From Eledone cirrhosa (lineage: Eukaryota): a DNA stretch of 64,000 nt. Position 1 is the stretch's first letter, and each line of letters begins with the position of its first letter. The translations under genes were made by a program, and so were the position numbers. The DNA is taken from positions 418,376,001-418,440,000 of the forward strand of contig OZ024740.1 in assembly GCA_964016885.1 (NCBI GenBank). The letters are read 5' to 3'. Positions 24,507-34,697 of this stretch are shown piece by piece. Under the pieces are notes generated by a model that saw nothing but the letters and a program-made list of their open reading frames with translations, did not search any database and was not told the origin of the DNA.

Positions 24507-24697
24507 GTTTAGTGAATTGGCAGTATCGGTAGAGGGTCGGACGCCATGCTTTGACGCATAGAGTTACGGCCCTTGCCATTCTGAGTTCAAATCCCACCGA
24601 GGTTAACTTTGCCTTTCATCCTTACGGGGTCGATAAAATAAAGTACCAGTAATACACTGGGAAATTGCTGGCCTTGTGCCAAAAGTAGAAACAATTA
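24505..24697 (+). mobile_element. Near full-length tRNA-derived SINE (family A)
   Basis: A-box TGGCAGTATCGG, B-box GAGTTCAAATCC, family A body and the tail GCTGGCCTTGTGCCAAAAGTAGAAACAATTAT. Confidence 0.9.
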
Positions 24698-24718
24698 TAT
24701 ATATATATATATATATTG

Positions 24719-24750
<32 letters not shown>

Positions 24751-24752
<2 letters not shown>

Positions 24753-24943
24753 CAAGGAAGGTGTGGTAAGATACCAGGTGGACCATAACGCACCAGAGTA
24801 CTCGATACTTGGGTAGTAGAGTGGGTATTATGAAAAGAGTCAAGACCCCGACGGCTGAGCTCCGGCCGTTTCAACAGCCAGATCCAAACTCCGTTTCGGA
24901 TTTAGTTGTTGAAACGGCTGGAGGGGTTCTGACTCTTTTCATA
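24751..24943. mobile_element. Short (TA)n-adjacent element ending in a 115-bp hairpin (family D)
   Basis: The head GTGTGGTAAGATACCAGGTGGACCATAACGCA recurs inverted at about 32985-33020; the inverted repeat ATGAAAAGAGTCA..TGACTCTTTTCAT spans 24829-24943. Confidence 0.65.
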
Positions 24944-24947
24944 TATA

Positions 24948-25336
24948 TATTGTTATACTTTGGGAGGGTCATGTTGCCAATAAGAAACACACGCACCAGA
25001 TACTTTCACTCCAATTTATTATAAATTAAATTTATAAATTTCCGGTTGGTTGGTTGGTTGGTTGGTTGGTTGGTTCCACAACAGTTGCATGTATTTTTAT
25101 TGACAGCATGACCCTCCCAAAGTATAACAATATCTGTTTCAACACACGTTTTCAGATAAAGAATCGTGCTAAACAAATTCAGAAACGAAATATATATATT
25201 TGTTTTTGAATTTGTTTTGCAAGATTTCTTATCTGAAAACGTGTGTTGAAACAGATATTGTTATACTTTGGGAGGGTCATGCTGTCAATATAAATACATG
25301 CACCTGTTGGTTTTCACTTCAATTTATTATAAATTT
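24948..25336. repeat. Near-perfect palindrome of about 230 bp (25079-25309) plus a diverged direct copy of one arm (24948-25027)
   Basis: TGACAGCATGACCCTCCCAAAGTATAACAATATCTGTTTCAACACACGTTTTCAGATAA is mirrored around a (TA) centre at about 25194. Confidence 0.9.
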
Positions 25337-25564
25337 CCAGTTGTTTGTTTCGATAACTAGATGGTTGTTTATATATTGTCAAAGTCTTTTCGTCACACAT
25401 TCTGTGACCTCTGCAGTGACTGAATTTTTATTTTGTGTCTCTCCTTTGTTCTGTCCTACACCATCTTGTTTTTGTGTGCACACAGATTGATATTTCTCAA
25501 ATTCAGATTATACCGCTTTAGTGTGAAAGCAGAAATTATTTGGTTTTCAATATTATTTATATAT

Positions 25565-28331
25565 CATCATCATCATCATCACCGTTTTACGTCCGTTCTT
25601 CCACGCTAGCATGGGTTAGACGGGTTGTCCTGTTGTGGGCAGTGTCTGGTCGGCTGACCATGCCTTGCTCATACAGGAACTGATCTGGCTTGATTTCTAC
25701 AGCTGGATGCCCTTCCTAACACCAACCTCATTTACAGTGAGTGCTGGGTGCTTTTTCGTGGCGCCTACACGTCCACTTTACAGTGTGGGCTGGGTGCTTT
25801 TTTGCCGTGGCACCTCCACGACCACCTTGCGGTGGGGGGGGGGGGCATATTGTTTATATGCTTCAGCATGTACCCATGGGAGGTCGGGTACCCTGTATTA
25901 CTGCGTGACGCCAGAAGTCACGGTCGTGTGTCATTGACTTTGAGAGGTGTAGTTGGGTAAGGTCGGCTTTTATCACCTCATCCCAAGTCATCTTGGGTCT
26001 CCCCACTCCGCGGTTTCCATCAACTTCTAGTGCTCTGCACCTTTTTATGCAGCTGTCATCCTTCATACGCATCACATGTCCATACCAGCGTAACCGCCTC
26101 TCCTGCACGCAGCATTTGATTCCTCTTATGCTCAGTCTCTCTCTCAATTCATTTATGCTTTGTCGTTCACGTATATTACTGTTACACATCCATCGGAGCA
26201 TGCAGGCTTCGTTTCTCTCTAATCTACGTAAGTCTTCCACCTTCAGCGCCCAGGTCTCACTACCATGCAACATCGCTGTTCGGATACACGCATCATACAG
26301 TCTGCCTTTCATTCTGAGGGAGAAGCCTTTTGCAGCTAGCAGTGGTAGTAGTTCCCTAAACTTCTTCCATCCCGTTCTTACCCTAGTTATTGTACTTTCT
26401 GAGCACCCACCTCCGTTGCTAATTCGGTCACCTAGGTAGCAGAAGCTGTCTACTGTTTCTACAGGGCCCTCCCAGAGATTGGTGGTACTTGTTTCCTGTG
26501 GCTGTTTGCTTGCTGTTTCAGCACAGCTGCTGCATGTGAATCCTACATTCTTAATTAGGCTTCCTGAGATCCCGCTACATCTCTTGTGTACCCATTGTTT
26601 GCATTTGGGGCAAAGAATGGAGTTCCTACCTACACCTTTCCTACATACTGAGCAAGGCCATTTCCCTGAGGGGATCTGGGTTCTGTTTTCTCGTCTACTT
26701 ATAAGGACCTTAGTCTTTGTCATGTTGACTTTGAGGCCCTTTCTCTCTAGTCCCTGCTTCCAGGTTTGGAATTTATTCTCTAGTTCTACCATAGATTCAG
26801 CTATGAGTGCGAGGTCATCAGCATACAGGAGTTCCCATGGGCATCCGGCCTTAAACTCCTCCGTTATTGCCTGCAGGACTATGATGAACAGGAGAGGGCT
26901 AAGAACAGAGCCCTGGTGGACCCCAACCTGTACGCTAAATTCCTCGCTATACTCATTGCCAATCCTAACTTTGCTGACTGCTCCCCTATACATGGCTTGT
27001 ACCGCTTTCACAAGCCATTCATCTACTCCTAGTTTTCTAAGAGCCCACCAGATTACTGCACGTGGAACTCTGTCAAAGGCTTTCTCAAGGTCGACAAATG
27101 CCAAGTAGAGTGGCTTACTTTTAGCTAGGTACTTTTCCTGTAATTGCCTCACAAGGAAGAGCGCATCAGTGGTGCCTTTCCCTGGTACAAACCCAAATTG
27201 CATCTCGTCTATATTCACCCGGTCCCTAATCAGCTGTGCTATAACTCTTTCTGTTACTTTCATGACCTGGTCCATCAACTTTATACCTCTATAGTTTCCT
27301 CTATCTAGTGCATCGCCTTTACCTTTGTAGCAGTTGACAATGATGCTACTGCACCAATCTTTTGGTATGGCCCCCTCTAGTATTACCTGGTTAACGATAC
27401 GTGTGGTTATAGTGTGACCTACAGACCCAGATGCCTTCAGCATCTCGGCAGCTATACCCGATGGATCGGTTGCCTTCCCTATCTTCATATCTCTGATTGC
27501 CTTACTTACTACGCTGCCGCTGACTTGTACTGCTGGTCCCTCTATAGGGTCTACGTGGGGTAGGGTCTCTTCTTCCCATGCATTCTCCTCATTTAGTAAT
27601 CTATCATAATGACTCTTCCATGCATCTTTCTTCTCAGCACTTGTGAGGGCAAGCTCACCTTTATCATTCCGGATACACTTCTCTCCAATGACATCACAAC
27701 TATCTCTGACACACTGCCTCGCAATCTTGAATACCTCCTGTTTCTGGTCCTCACGTTGTAAAACATGCTTGAATTTTCTATCCTCTGCTTCCCTCCTAGC
27801 TAAGTATACTTGTCGCCTAGCTTCCCTCTTGGTCTCTATGTAATGTACCCTGCTCCCCCCGTTCTTCCATTCTTTCCATGCCTGTCTCTTGGCCTTGACT
27901 GCTTCATCTACCTTATTGTTCCACCACCAAGTCACTCTCCTCCTGCTTGAGGTCTTACTCCAGCCACAAACCTCATCCGTCGCCTCTAGTAAGTTATTTT
28001 TTAGGAACTCCCAGTTCTCTTCTACGTTAAATGTCTCTATCTGTTCTTCTTTACTGTCGTAGGCGTTGAGTAAAATATCTTTAAATCTGTTACTGGTTGA
28101 GGGGACTTTCAGCTTCCAGATCTTTCATCTCCAGGTTGGCCTCTGTTTCAGGGCTCGTCTAGTTCTGACCGTGAGGTCGCTGACAACTAAGCTATGTTGG
28201 GATGTACATTCCTCACTAGGGAAGGCTTTTGTGTTTACGACCGTCCATCTGTCACGTCCTCTGATGAGGATAAAATCTAACTGACTAGAGTGCTCCCCTG
28301 ATCTATAGGTGATCAGGTGGTTGTCGGGTTT
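25565..28331 (-). mobile_element. RTE-clade LINE, 5'-truncated, with a (GAT)n tail
   Basis: Contains the end of the APE domain, RT and the RTE-type C-terminus (LHGSETW, LRWYGHVMRM, GRPKMTW), then a 3' UTR and (GAT)n at 25565-25581. A low-complexity TTTATATAT at 25556 and 28331 may be the target duplication. Confidence 0.92.
25863..28331 (-). pseudogene. RTE LINE pol: partial APE endonuclease, reverse transcriptase and internal PHD-type finger
   Basis: The 690-aa ORF has NYRGIKL, QFGF, FVDLEKAFD, GVHQGSVLSP, YADD and FCYLG. The same frame extends upstream through one TGA (28125-28127) into ITYRSG..SQLDFIL..QHSLVVSD, the APE C-terminus. Confidence 0.92.
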
Positions 28332-28448
28332 TTATATATATAATAATAATAATGAAATTATTGTGTAAAGTGCTCAGGTGCACTACAACTCGTCAAGAAA
28401 GTACATAGAATAATACACAAATGTCAGGGAAGTACATGTGTGTATGTG

Positions 28449-29829
28449 TTAGCTGTAGTGTTGGCGGATCTCGGGAAGCATGGAGGCCTTAAAGGATGCA
28501 GTGTCTCGACAGCTAACAACTGATGCAGGTAGTTTGTTCCATGCTTCAGCAACTCTGAGCGTGAAAAAATGTTTCCGAAAGTCATGGGAACTGTGCTGTT
28601 TTCTTACTTTGTGGGCATGTCCACGTGTGTTAGACACATGGAAATCGAAAAGGCACTCAGGGTTGTTGCTGGCAAAATGGTTAACAATTTTGTGGGTGTT
28701 TACCAAGTCAGTTGCCAGGTGTCGGAGCTTCAATGAATCCATGCCCAGGGAAGCAAGGCGCTCAGAGTATGGTAGATGCCTGATGGAGGGTATTCGCTTG
28801 GTTGCACGTCTCTGAACAGTTTCCAGGCGGTCAATGTCCTGAGCAAGATAGGGGTTCCAGACTGGTGATGCAAATTCTAAGTGTGGTCGCACCATAGCTG
28901 TATACAGCCTTAAATAGATATCTGGAGAGCGGCTGACAAAGGTCTTGCTGAGTGATGCTAAGACACCCTCGGCCCTCTTGACAATTTTAGAGACGTGCCT
29001 CGTCCAACGCAAATCGCTGCTGACCGTAATGCCCAGGTCACGTTCACAGGAAGACTTCGTGATATTAGTGCTGTGGCGGGAGTATGTGGACGCTGGGTTT
29101 TTACTCCCAAAATGCATGGTGGTGCACTTGTCCACAGCTAGCTTGAGTTGCCAGTGTGAGATCCACTGTTGCATTGTGTCCAGGTCAGACTGCAAGCAAG
29201 ATCTATAGTGTTCAGGATCTGTCCTTTTTATCTCAAGGTACAGCTTGATGTCGTCTGCGTACTTTAGTACTGTGGCATTCCTTAAGTTGGCATCTATGTC
29301 ATTAATATATGCCACAAACAAAAGGGGGCCAAGAACAGATCCCTGAGGTACACCAGATGACATCTCATATGGTGAGGAATGCTGTCCCAGAACCGTGACT
29401 ACCTCTCTTCGACTGAGAATGAAGGACTTCAACCAGTTAAAAAGATCATCCTTCACACCCATTGCAGAGAGTTTTGCCATAAGCCTTTTGTGTGGCACAG
29501 AATTGAAGGCCTTCGCAAAGTCAAGGTAAACAACATCCACCCATGAGCCGCCATCAGTGATCCGGGTGATGTCCTCAAGAAACTCTATAAGTTGATCACA
29601 GCAGCTGGAGTTGGGGATAAATCCAAATTGCGAGGGCCGGATAAGACTGTGAGAGCTCCAGAAGTTCCAAAGTGTTTCTCTGACACAGGATTCCATCAGT
29701 TTGGCGATGCAACTAGTAAGACTGACTGGACGATAGTTCACAGGTGATGTGCGGTCACCCTTTTTGAACAGAGGAATGACACTGGCAGTTTTCCACTGTT
29801 CTGGAGTAGCACTGTTGTTCAGACAATTA
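28449..29829 (-). pseudogene. LINE ORF2 reverse transcriptase, downstream of a frameshift at about 29829
   Basis: WKTASVIPLFKKG, NYRPVSLTS, QFGF, YLDFAKAF, GVPQGSVLGP, YADD and DLGI motifs; joins the upstream ORF across a small indel at LSRFF/NCLNN. Confidence 0.92.
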
Positions 29830-31875
29830 GAAGAAGCGTGATAACTGGTGTAGAAGGAAGTACCCACCACGTTTAAGAAGCAGGTACGTAACACCATCGA
29901 GACCAGGAGAGGCATGGTTGCGTTTATTTTTTAGGTGACGTCGCAGCATTGCAGGTGTAAATTCCATGGTTGTAATAGAGTCCGGTGTCATAGGTGGTGG
30001 AGATGGTACACTCTGGTCTTCAATGGTGAAAATGCCTGCATAGCATTCAGCAATGAGCTCTGCGCATTCCTTGGGGTCGTCAGTAACCTGGCTTGTGTGG
30101 GGATTGCGAAGAGGACCAACTGGAGAGTGAGGCCTCTGCTTTGAGTGAACATACTTCCAGAACACCTTACTGTCAGGGCTGGTTGCTATGCGCTGCTCAA
30201 ATTGAAGCACTGCCTTTTTTGTCACCTGTTTGAGGTGGTTGGACGATCTATTTCGCCTCTTCCTATTAATGTCTGATTTGTGAAGTTTGTACTCACGTTC
30301 AGCATTGCGCCGTTCTTTTCTGGCAAGACGGACTGCTGCAGTCTCCCAAATTGCGCTTTTGGGATGTTTTTTCCGCTTACGTGGCACCGATGCTGCACAT
30401 GCTGTCCATATTGAGCTCAGGATGTTCTGGAGTACAGTGTTGACATCTCCAGAGTCATAGAACTCAAGCCAGTTTGGCCGTTGCAACTCGGTACAGTAAC
30501 AGTTCCAGTCTGCTTTATTCCAGTCAAAGTGAGCAGTTTGGAGATGGTTGTGGTTCTTGTTACTGCCCATGAGGGATAGATTGGCAATGATCATAGCATG
30601 ATCAGAGTCACCTAAAGGTTCCTCAGCAGTAACACTAATGACTGTTTCAGGAGTAGTGGTGAAGAGTAGGTCCAAAGTGTTGTCACCTCTCGTTGGGGAG
30701 GTGACCACCTGGGACCAACTCGAGTCCAGCACCAGCTCAAGGAAGTCATTTGCACTTGGCGGCCAACGAAAGGTCTCCCAGTCAATCTCAGGGTGATTGA
30801 AGTCACCTGCAATGAAAACATAAGTGGCTGTCTTCCTGGCAGCAGCTCTGAGGATATCACAAAGTTGAGTGTCCTGATGGTAATTTGGGGGACGGTAAAC
30901 GACTCCAAGTAGCAGTGTTGACATGGTCATACGTATATCGCAGAAAAAAACTTCCTGCTGTGATTGGTTCAAATCAGCACAAGGAATTGCCGACAGATTT
31001 GACCGAACGTAGACCATTACACCACCACCACCACGATTAATACGGTCTTTACGAAACAGGTTGTAGCCAGTCATGCTGAAAACTCCATCACAGAGTAAGG
31101 GATGTGCCCAAGTTTCCGTGACTGTAATGAAGTCCGGGTTGAAACTTTTGACGTAGGAGTCAAAAAGATGAATCTTATTGCATAGACTACGTGCATTCAA
31201 GGACAACAGTTTGTACTTTGATTCCAGTCTATGATTATGTGCAGGGGATGGCAGGTTGTTCTGATTTAGTTTCCCAGAGTTTTTTTCAGTTTCTTTATTG
31301 TCAGTTGTTGTGGGTACAGTGTTTTCAGACCAGCTGGTGTCTCTTTTCCATGATTCGCCAGCCTTAACAAACTTCCATATCTGCCCATCATCTCGTAGGC
31401 TGAAGCTTTCATGTTCTGCCGAGCTGCGGTTTAGGGCAGCTGCAGCACGCAACTTTGGGCGGACATCAGGTGGAAGACCAGGACGTGTTCGGAAAGCAAT
31501 CCGACTTTCACGCCTAGCTTTATCAGAGGCTACAAGGTATGAACGTGCCTCAGCCGAGTTTGAAAACGACAGTCTAATTAACCTGGGTTTCGGGCCTGGT
31601 CGGCCAAGGCGTAGAGCACCCTTTGCGGGAGCACAGCCCAGGTCTTTGGATGAACTGGCAGCAAATGACTGAAGATCAGCTATGTCTTCCGGCACACCAA
31701 TGGCAATCACTTCGTGGTTTGCAGATTCAGTGGCATTCTCAATGCGTCTAGGTTCAACATGAGGTACGTGGAGATTTTTTAACAAGGCACTCCGGTAAGA
31801 TCCCTCATTGTGGGGTTCTACACGAACGCTTGATTTTATTTCCGCTATTTCTTGACTTAAAGCGGAAATATACAA
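29827..31875 (-). pseudogene. LINE ORF1 C-terminal part in frame with the ORF2 APE endonuclease and linker
   Basis: The first 200 or so aa have VIAIGVPE and RLGRPGPKPRLIRLSF (ORF1 RRM-like). APE motifs follow: LNARSL, VTETW, GGGV, YRPP, GDFN, LDLL, SDH. Confidence 0.88.
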
Positions 31876-31946
31876 CTGTTATCGACTTTTCTCTGGATTT
31901 TGGTCTTTGTATTTATTATTACTCCTATATATATATATATATATTT

Positions 31947-32389
31947 ATGCTGCATGGTAGTGAGACATGGGCAGCAACTGCAGAGGATATGTGACGGCTG
32001 CAGAGAAATGAAGCAAGCATGTTCTGTTGGATGTGCAATGTCAATGTACGTGAACGACCGAGCATGGATGTGTTGAGAGAGAAACTGTGTTTAAGAGGGA
32101 TAAGTTGTAGTGTGCAGGAGAAAGGACTGGGATGGTATGGACATGTGATGCGCATGGAGAATGACCGCTGGGTAAAGAAGTGCCAAGAAATCCCAGTAGA
32201 AGGAAGACGTGGTAGAGGTAGACAACGAAAAACATGGGCGGAGGTGGTGAGAGCAGACCTCAGATCGCTGAAGCTCACAGAGGAGATGACGAAGGACCGT
32301 GACAAGTGGAGAGATGCTGCTGTGCTGAATAGGACCCTCCCACCCTTGCAAGCAGGGAAAAGCACACGTAAAATGATGATGATGATGAT
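31947..32389 (+). mobile_element. RTE LINE 3' fragment of a sister family, with a (GAT)n tail
   Basis: MLHGSETWAATAEDM*RLQRNEASM..WYGHVMRM..GRGRQRKTWAEVV parallels the C-terminus of the 25863 ORF and ends in (GAT)n. Confidence 0.88.
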
Positions 32390-32519
32390 ATATATATATA
32401 TATCCACTACCCCTACCCTATCCTCCCACTCCCACCAACCTCTCTCTATAGAGTTGGTACCACAACATCCAGTCCAAATAAATGAGATAATGAGATCGAG
32501 ATCGTGTAGGTGTCACGAC

Positions 32520-32759
32520 AAAACACACTCCACGCTGTAATGTGGCCGTGTAGGTAACACGGTAAAAAGTTCCCAGTTCCACACTGTAAATGTGGTTGGT
32601 GTTAGGAAGGGCATCCAGCCGTAGAAAACCTGCCAGATAGTCCTATATGAGCGAGACACGGTCACCCGACCAACTTTGCCTCAAGTGGGACAACTCCCGT
32701 CTAACCCATGCTAGCATGGAAAATGGACGTTAAACGAAGATGATGATGATGATGATGAT
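32520..32759 (+). mobile_element. RTE 3' UTR-like fragment with a (GAT)n tail
   Basis: GGTTGGTGTTAGGAAGGGCATCCAGC and CCCGTCTAACCCATGCTAGC match the reverse complement of 25565-25830. Confidence 0.85.
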
Positions 32760-32761
32760 AT

Positions 32762-33025
32762 AAGGAGTACTCAATACCAAAATAGAGTTTAAATATTCTG
32801 TATTATGGCTGAATCTTGTTACTCTGGAGTTTCACCTGCATACACACAGATGAAACTCCAGAATAACAAAACTCATCACTTAGCCATAATAAAGAATATA
32901 TATATATAGGAAAAAGAGTCAACCATCGGGGTCTTGATTCTTTTTCTATTACCCACTCTACTACCCCAAGTATTGAGTACTCTAATGCGTTATGGTCCAC
33001 CTGGTATCTTACCACACTTCCTTCA
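32762..33025. mobile_element. Foldback (32792-32899) joined to an inverted family D copy (about 32910-33025)
   Basis: Arms TATTATGGCT/AGCCATAATA and TCTGGAGTTTCA/TGAAACTCCAGA; the right part is the reverse complement of 24755-24850 without the inner hairpin. Confidence 0.65.
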
Positions 33026-33054
33026 TATATATATATACATATATATATGCATAT

Positions 33055-33388
33055 GCAGTGTGCAGGAGAGGATTGCAATCGGATGGACATGTAATGCGTA
33101 TGAAGGATGACAGCTGTGCAGAGCGCTCAAAGTTGATGGAAGCCATGGAGTGGGTAGGCCTAGAAAGACTGGTGATGAGGTAATAAAAGCTGACTTTGCA
33201 CAATTACACCTTGCTAAAGCAATAACACAGCACCGTGATCTCTGGCGCTATGCAATATTACAGAAGACTTGCCCTCCCATATGCATGAGCTGAGGCATAT
33301 ATCTAGTATGCAACACCTTCCTTACCATCACCCCTCCTATGCTGTAATCATCCCAACCCTATACCTAAATGGACATTAAATGATGATG
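33055..33388 (+). mobile_element. Decayed RTE LINE 3' fragment, same family as the 25565-28331 element
   Basis: GGACATGTAATGCGTATGAAGGATGACAGCTG and downstream sequence match the reverse complement of 25860-26110; ends GGACATTAAATGATGATG. Confidence 0.8.
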
Positions 33389-33569
33389 GGATTAAGATAG
33401 ACAATATAACATAAGATATTTAGGGGTTATGACCAAGCATAATCACACTGGTCTAAAAACTACCAGTGTCCAAAATATTGCACATTTAGATTATGACAAA
33501 AATAAACAAAGTTTTAACAACAGAATTTAATTTTTTGAAACAAAATCTTTGTTTAAAAAAATCTAATTA

Positions 33570-33670
33570 CATCATAATCATCATTTATCGGCCATTTTGC
33601 AAGCAAGCATGGGTATAATGGGCTGTCCCTTTGTGAGGGATCCAAATCAGAGGACCGTGTTTACTCACAC
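33570..33670 (-). mobile_element. Decayed RTE 3' tail
   Basis: CATCATAATCATCAT followed by GCAAGCATGGGT..GGGCTGTCC, resembling 25565-25680. Confidence 0.5.
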
Positions 33671-33985
33671 AGAATATATATGTACAATTTTTGGAATAAA
33701 TATATTTAAGAAATCAGTCTTAAACTTGTCTTATCATATCTTGACCTCCAACAATATTTGACCTTAGTCTTGGAAATACTCTGAGACAAACAAATTAGGA
33801 TTGTTCAGTTGTTCAGAATAGAAAAAAAATAAAGTTTAATTGACAAAAAAAAATAATAAAAACAAAAATATTTTTAAAAGGATAAGTTTTAAATATTTAT
33901 TTAATTCTTGATATATCACTGATGTAAGTACATCATAACAAATAAGATTTCATAGTTAAAAATGTTTTAGAATTGGTTTTTTTAA

Positions 33986-34204
33986 CCCTTTAGCATTTAC
34001 ATTACTCTATATTTACTATTATATCTTCTCGGTAAACATGTTATCTCATAATTATCTCACATAATATCAAATCTATGAGATTTTGATATTATTTATTTTG
34101 AGGACAATACCATAACATTAGTATGAACAGCCAGTTATGGCTGGTTTGAACAGAAAGAGGTGAGAGAATTCTGGCCGGATACGGCAGGTTTAAATGCTAA
34201 AGGG
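33986..34204. mobile_element. piggyBac-type MITE, 219 bp
   Basis: Perfect 14-bp TIRs CCCTTTAGCATTTA / TAAATGCTAAAGGG, each flanked by TTAA (33982-33985 and 34205-34208). Confidence 0.85.
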
Positions 34205-34429
34205 TTAAAATGAAAAATCTCTAATGAATTTTTTTTCTCTGTTAGTCTGCCATGCCAGCAACCACATAAAAATTAAGATGAATATGGAGGATTTGAAGAC
34301 AAACGGATGTTCAACTGATTCCAAGAACACAATTATATTAATGTTGAGTTCCTTGCTTAGTTATTCTACTTACATTTCACTGTTTTTATTCACTTAACTT
34401 TAAAACAAGACTAAAACTAATTAATAATA

Positions 34430-34697
34430 TAAATAAGTTTAAAAGCCATACAATGCATTGAAAATTAAAGGTGCGAGGATAGTAATAAAATTTTACCTTA
34501 GCAAATTTAATTATCCTAAATATTTTCAGGTTTAAAAACTTATCTCCAACTGGTCCTTGAAGACCTTTACACAGATCTCTTGATAATGGGTTTTTAAACC
34601 CCAAAATATTTGGGATAATTAAATGTTAAGGTAAAATTCTATTGCTATCTTGTCACCTTTAATTTTCAATGCATTGTATGGCTTTTAAATTTATTTA
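34430..34697. mobile_element. Foldback or long-TIR MITE-like element (arms about 110 bp, spacer about 50 bp)
   Basis: TTTAAAAGCCATACAATGCATTGAAAATTAAAGGTG is mirrored exactly by CACCTTTAATTTTCAATGCATTGTATGGCTTTTAAA, and the inner arms pair with scattered mismatches. No clear target duplication. Confidence 0.75.

Larger units (their letters stand above)
28333..31878 (-). mobile_element. CR1/L2-group LINE, truncated within ORF1
   Basis: ORF1-like segment, APE, RT and a TRGH..FFTLRV..WNKLP C-terminus, then a 3' UTR stem-loop AGTGC-ACCTGA-GCACT and a (TTA)n/(TA)n tail. Confidence 0.92.

Noticed and set aside
25993-31672. Plus-strand ORFs of 66-209 aa over the LINEs
   Set aside because: Antisense shadows of the minus-strand LINE ORFs, with no motifs of their own.
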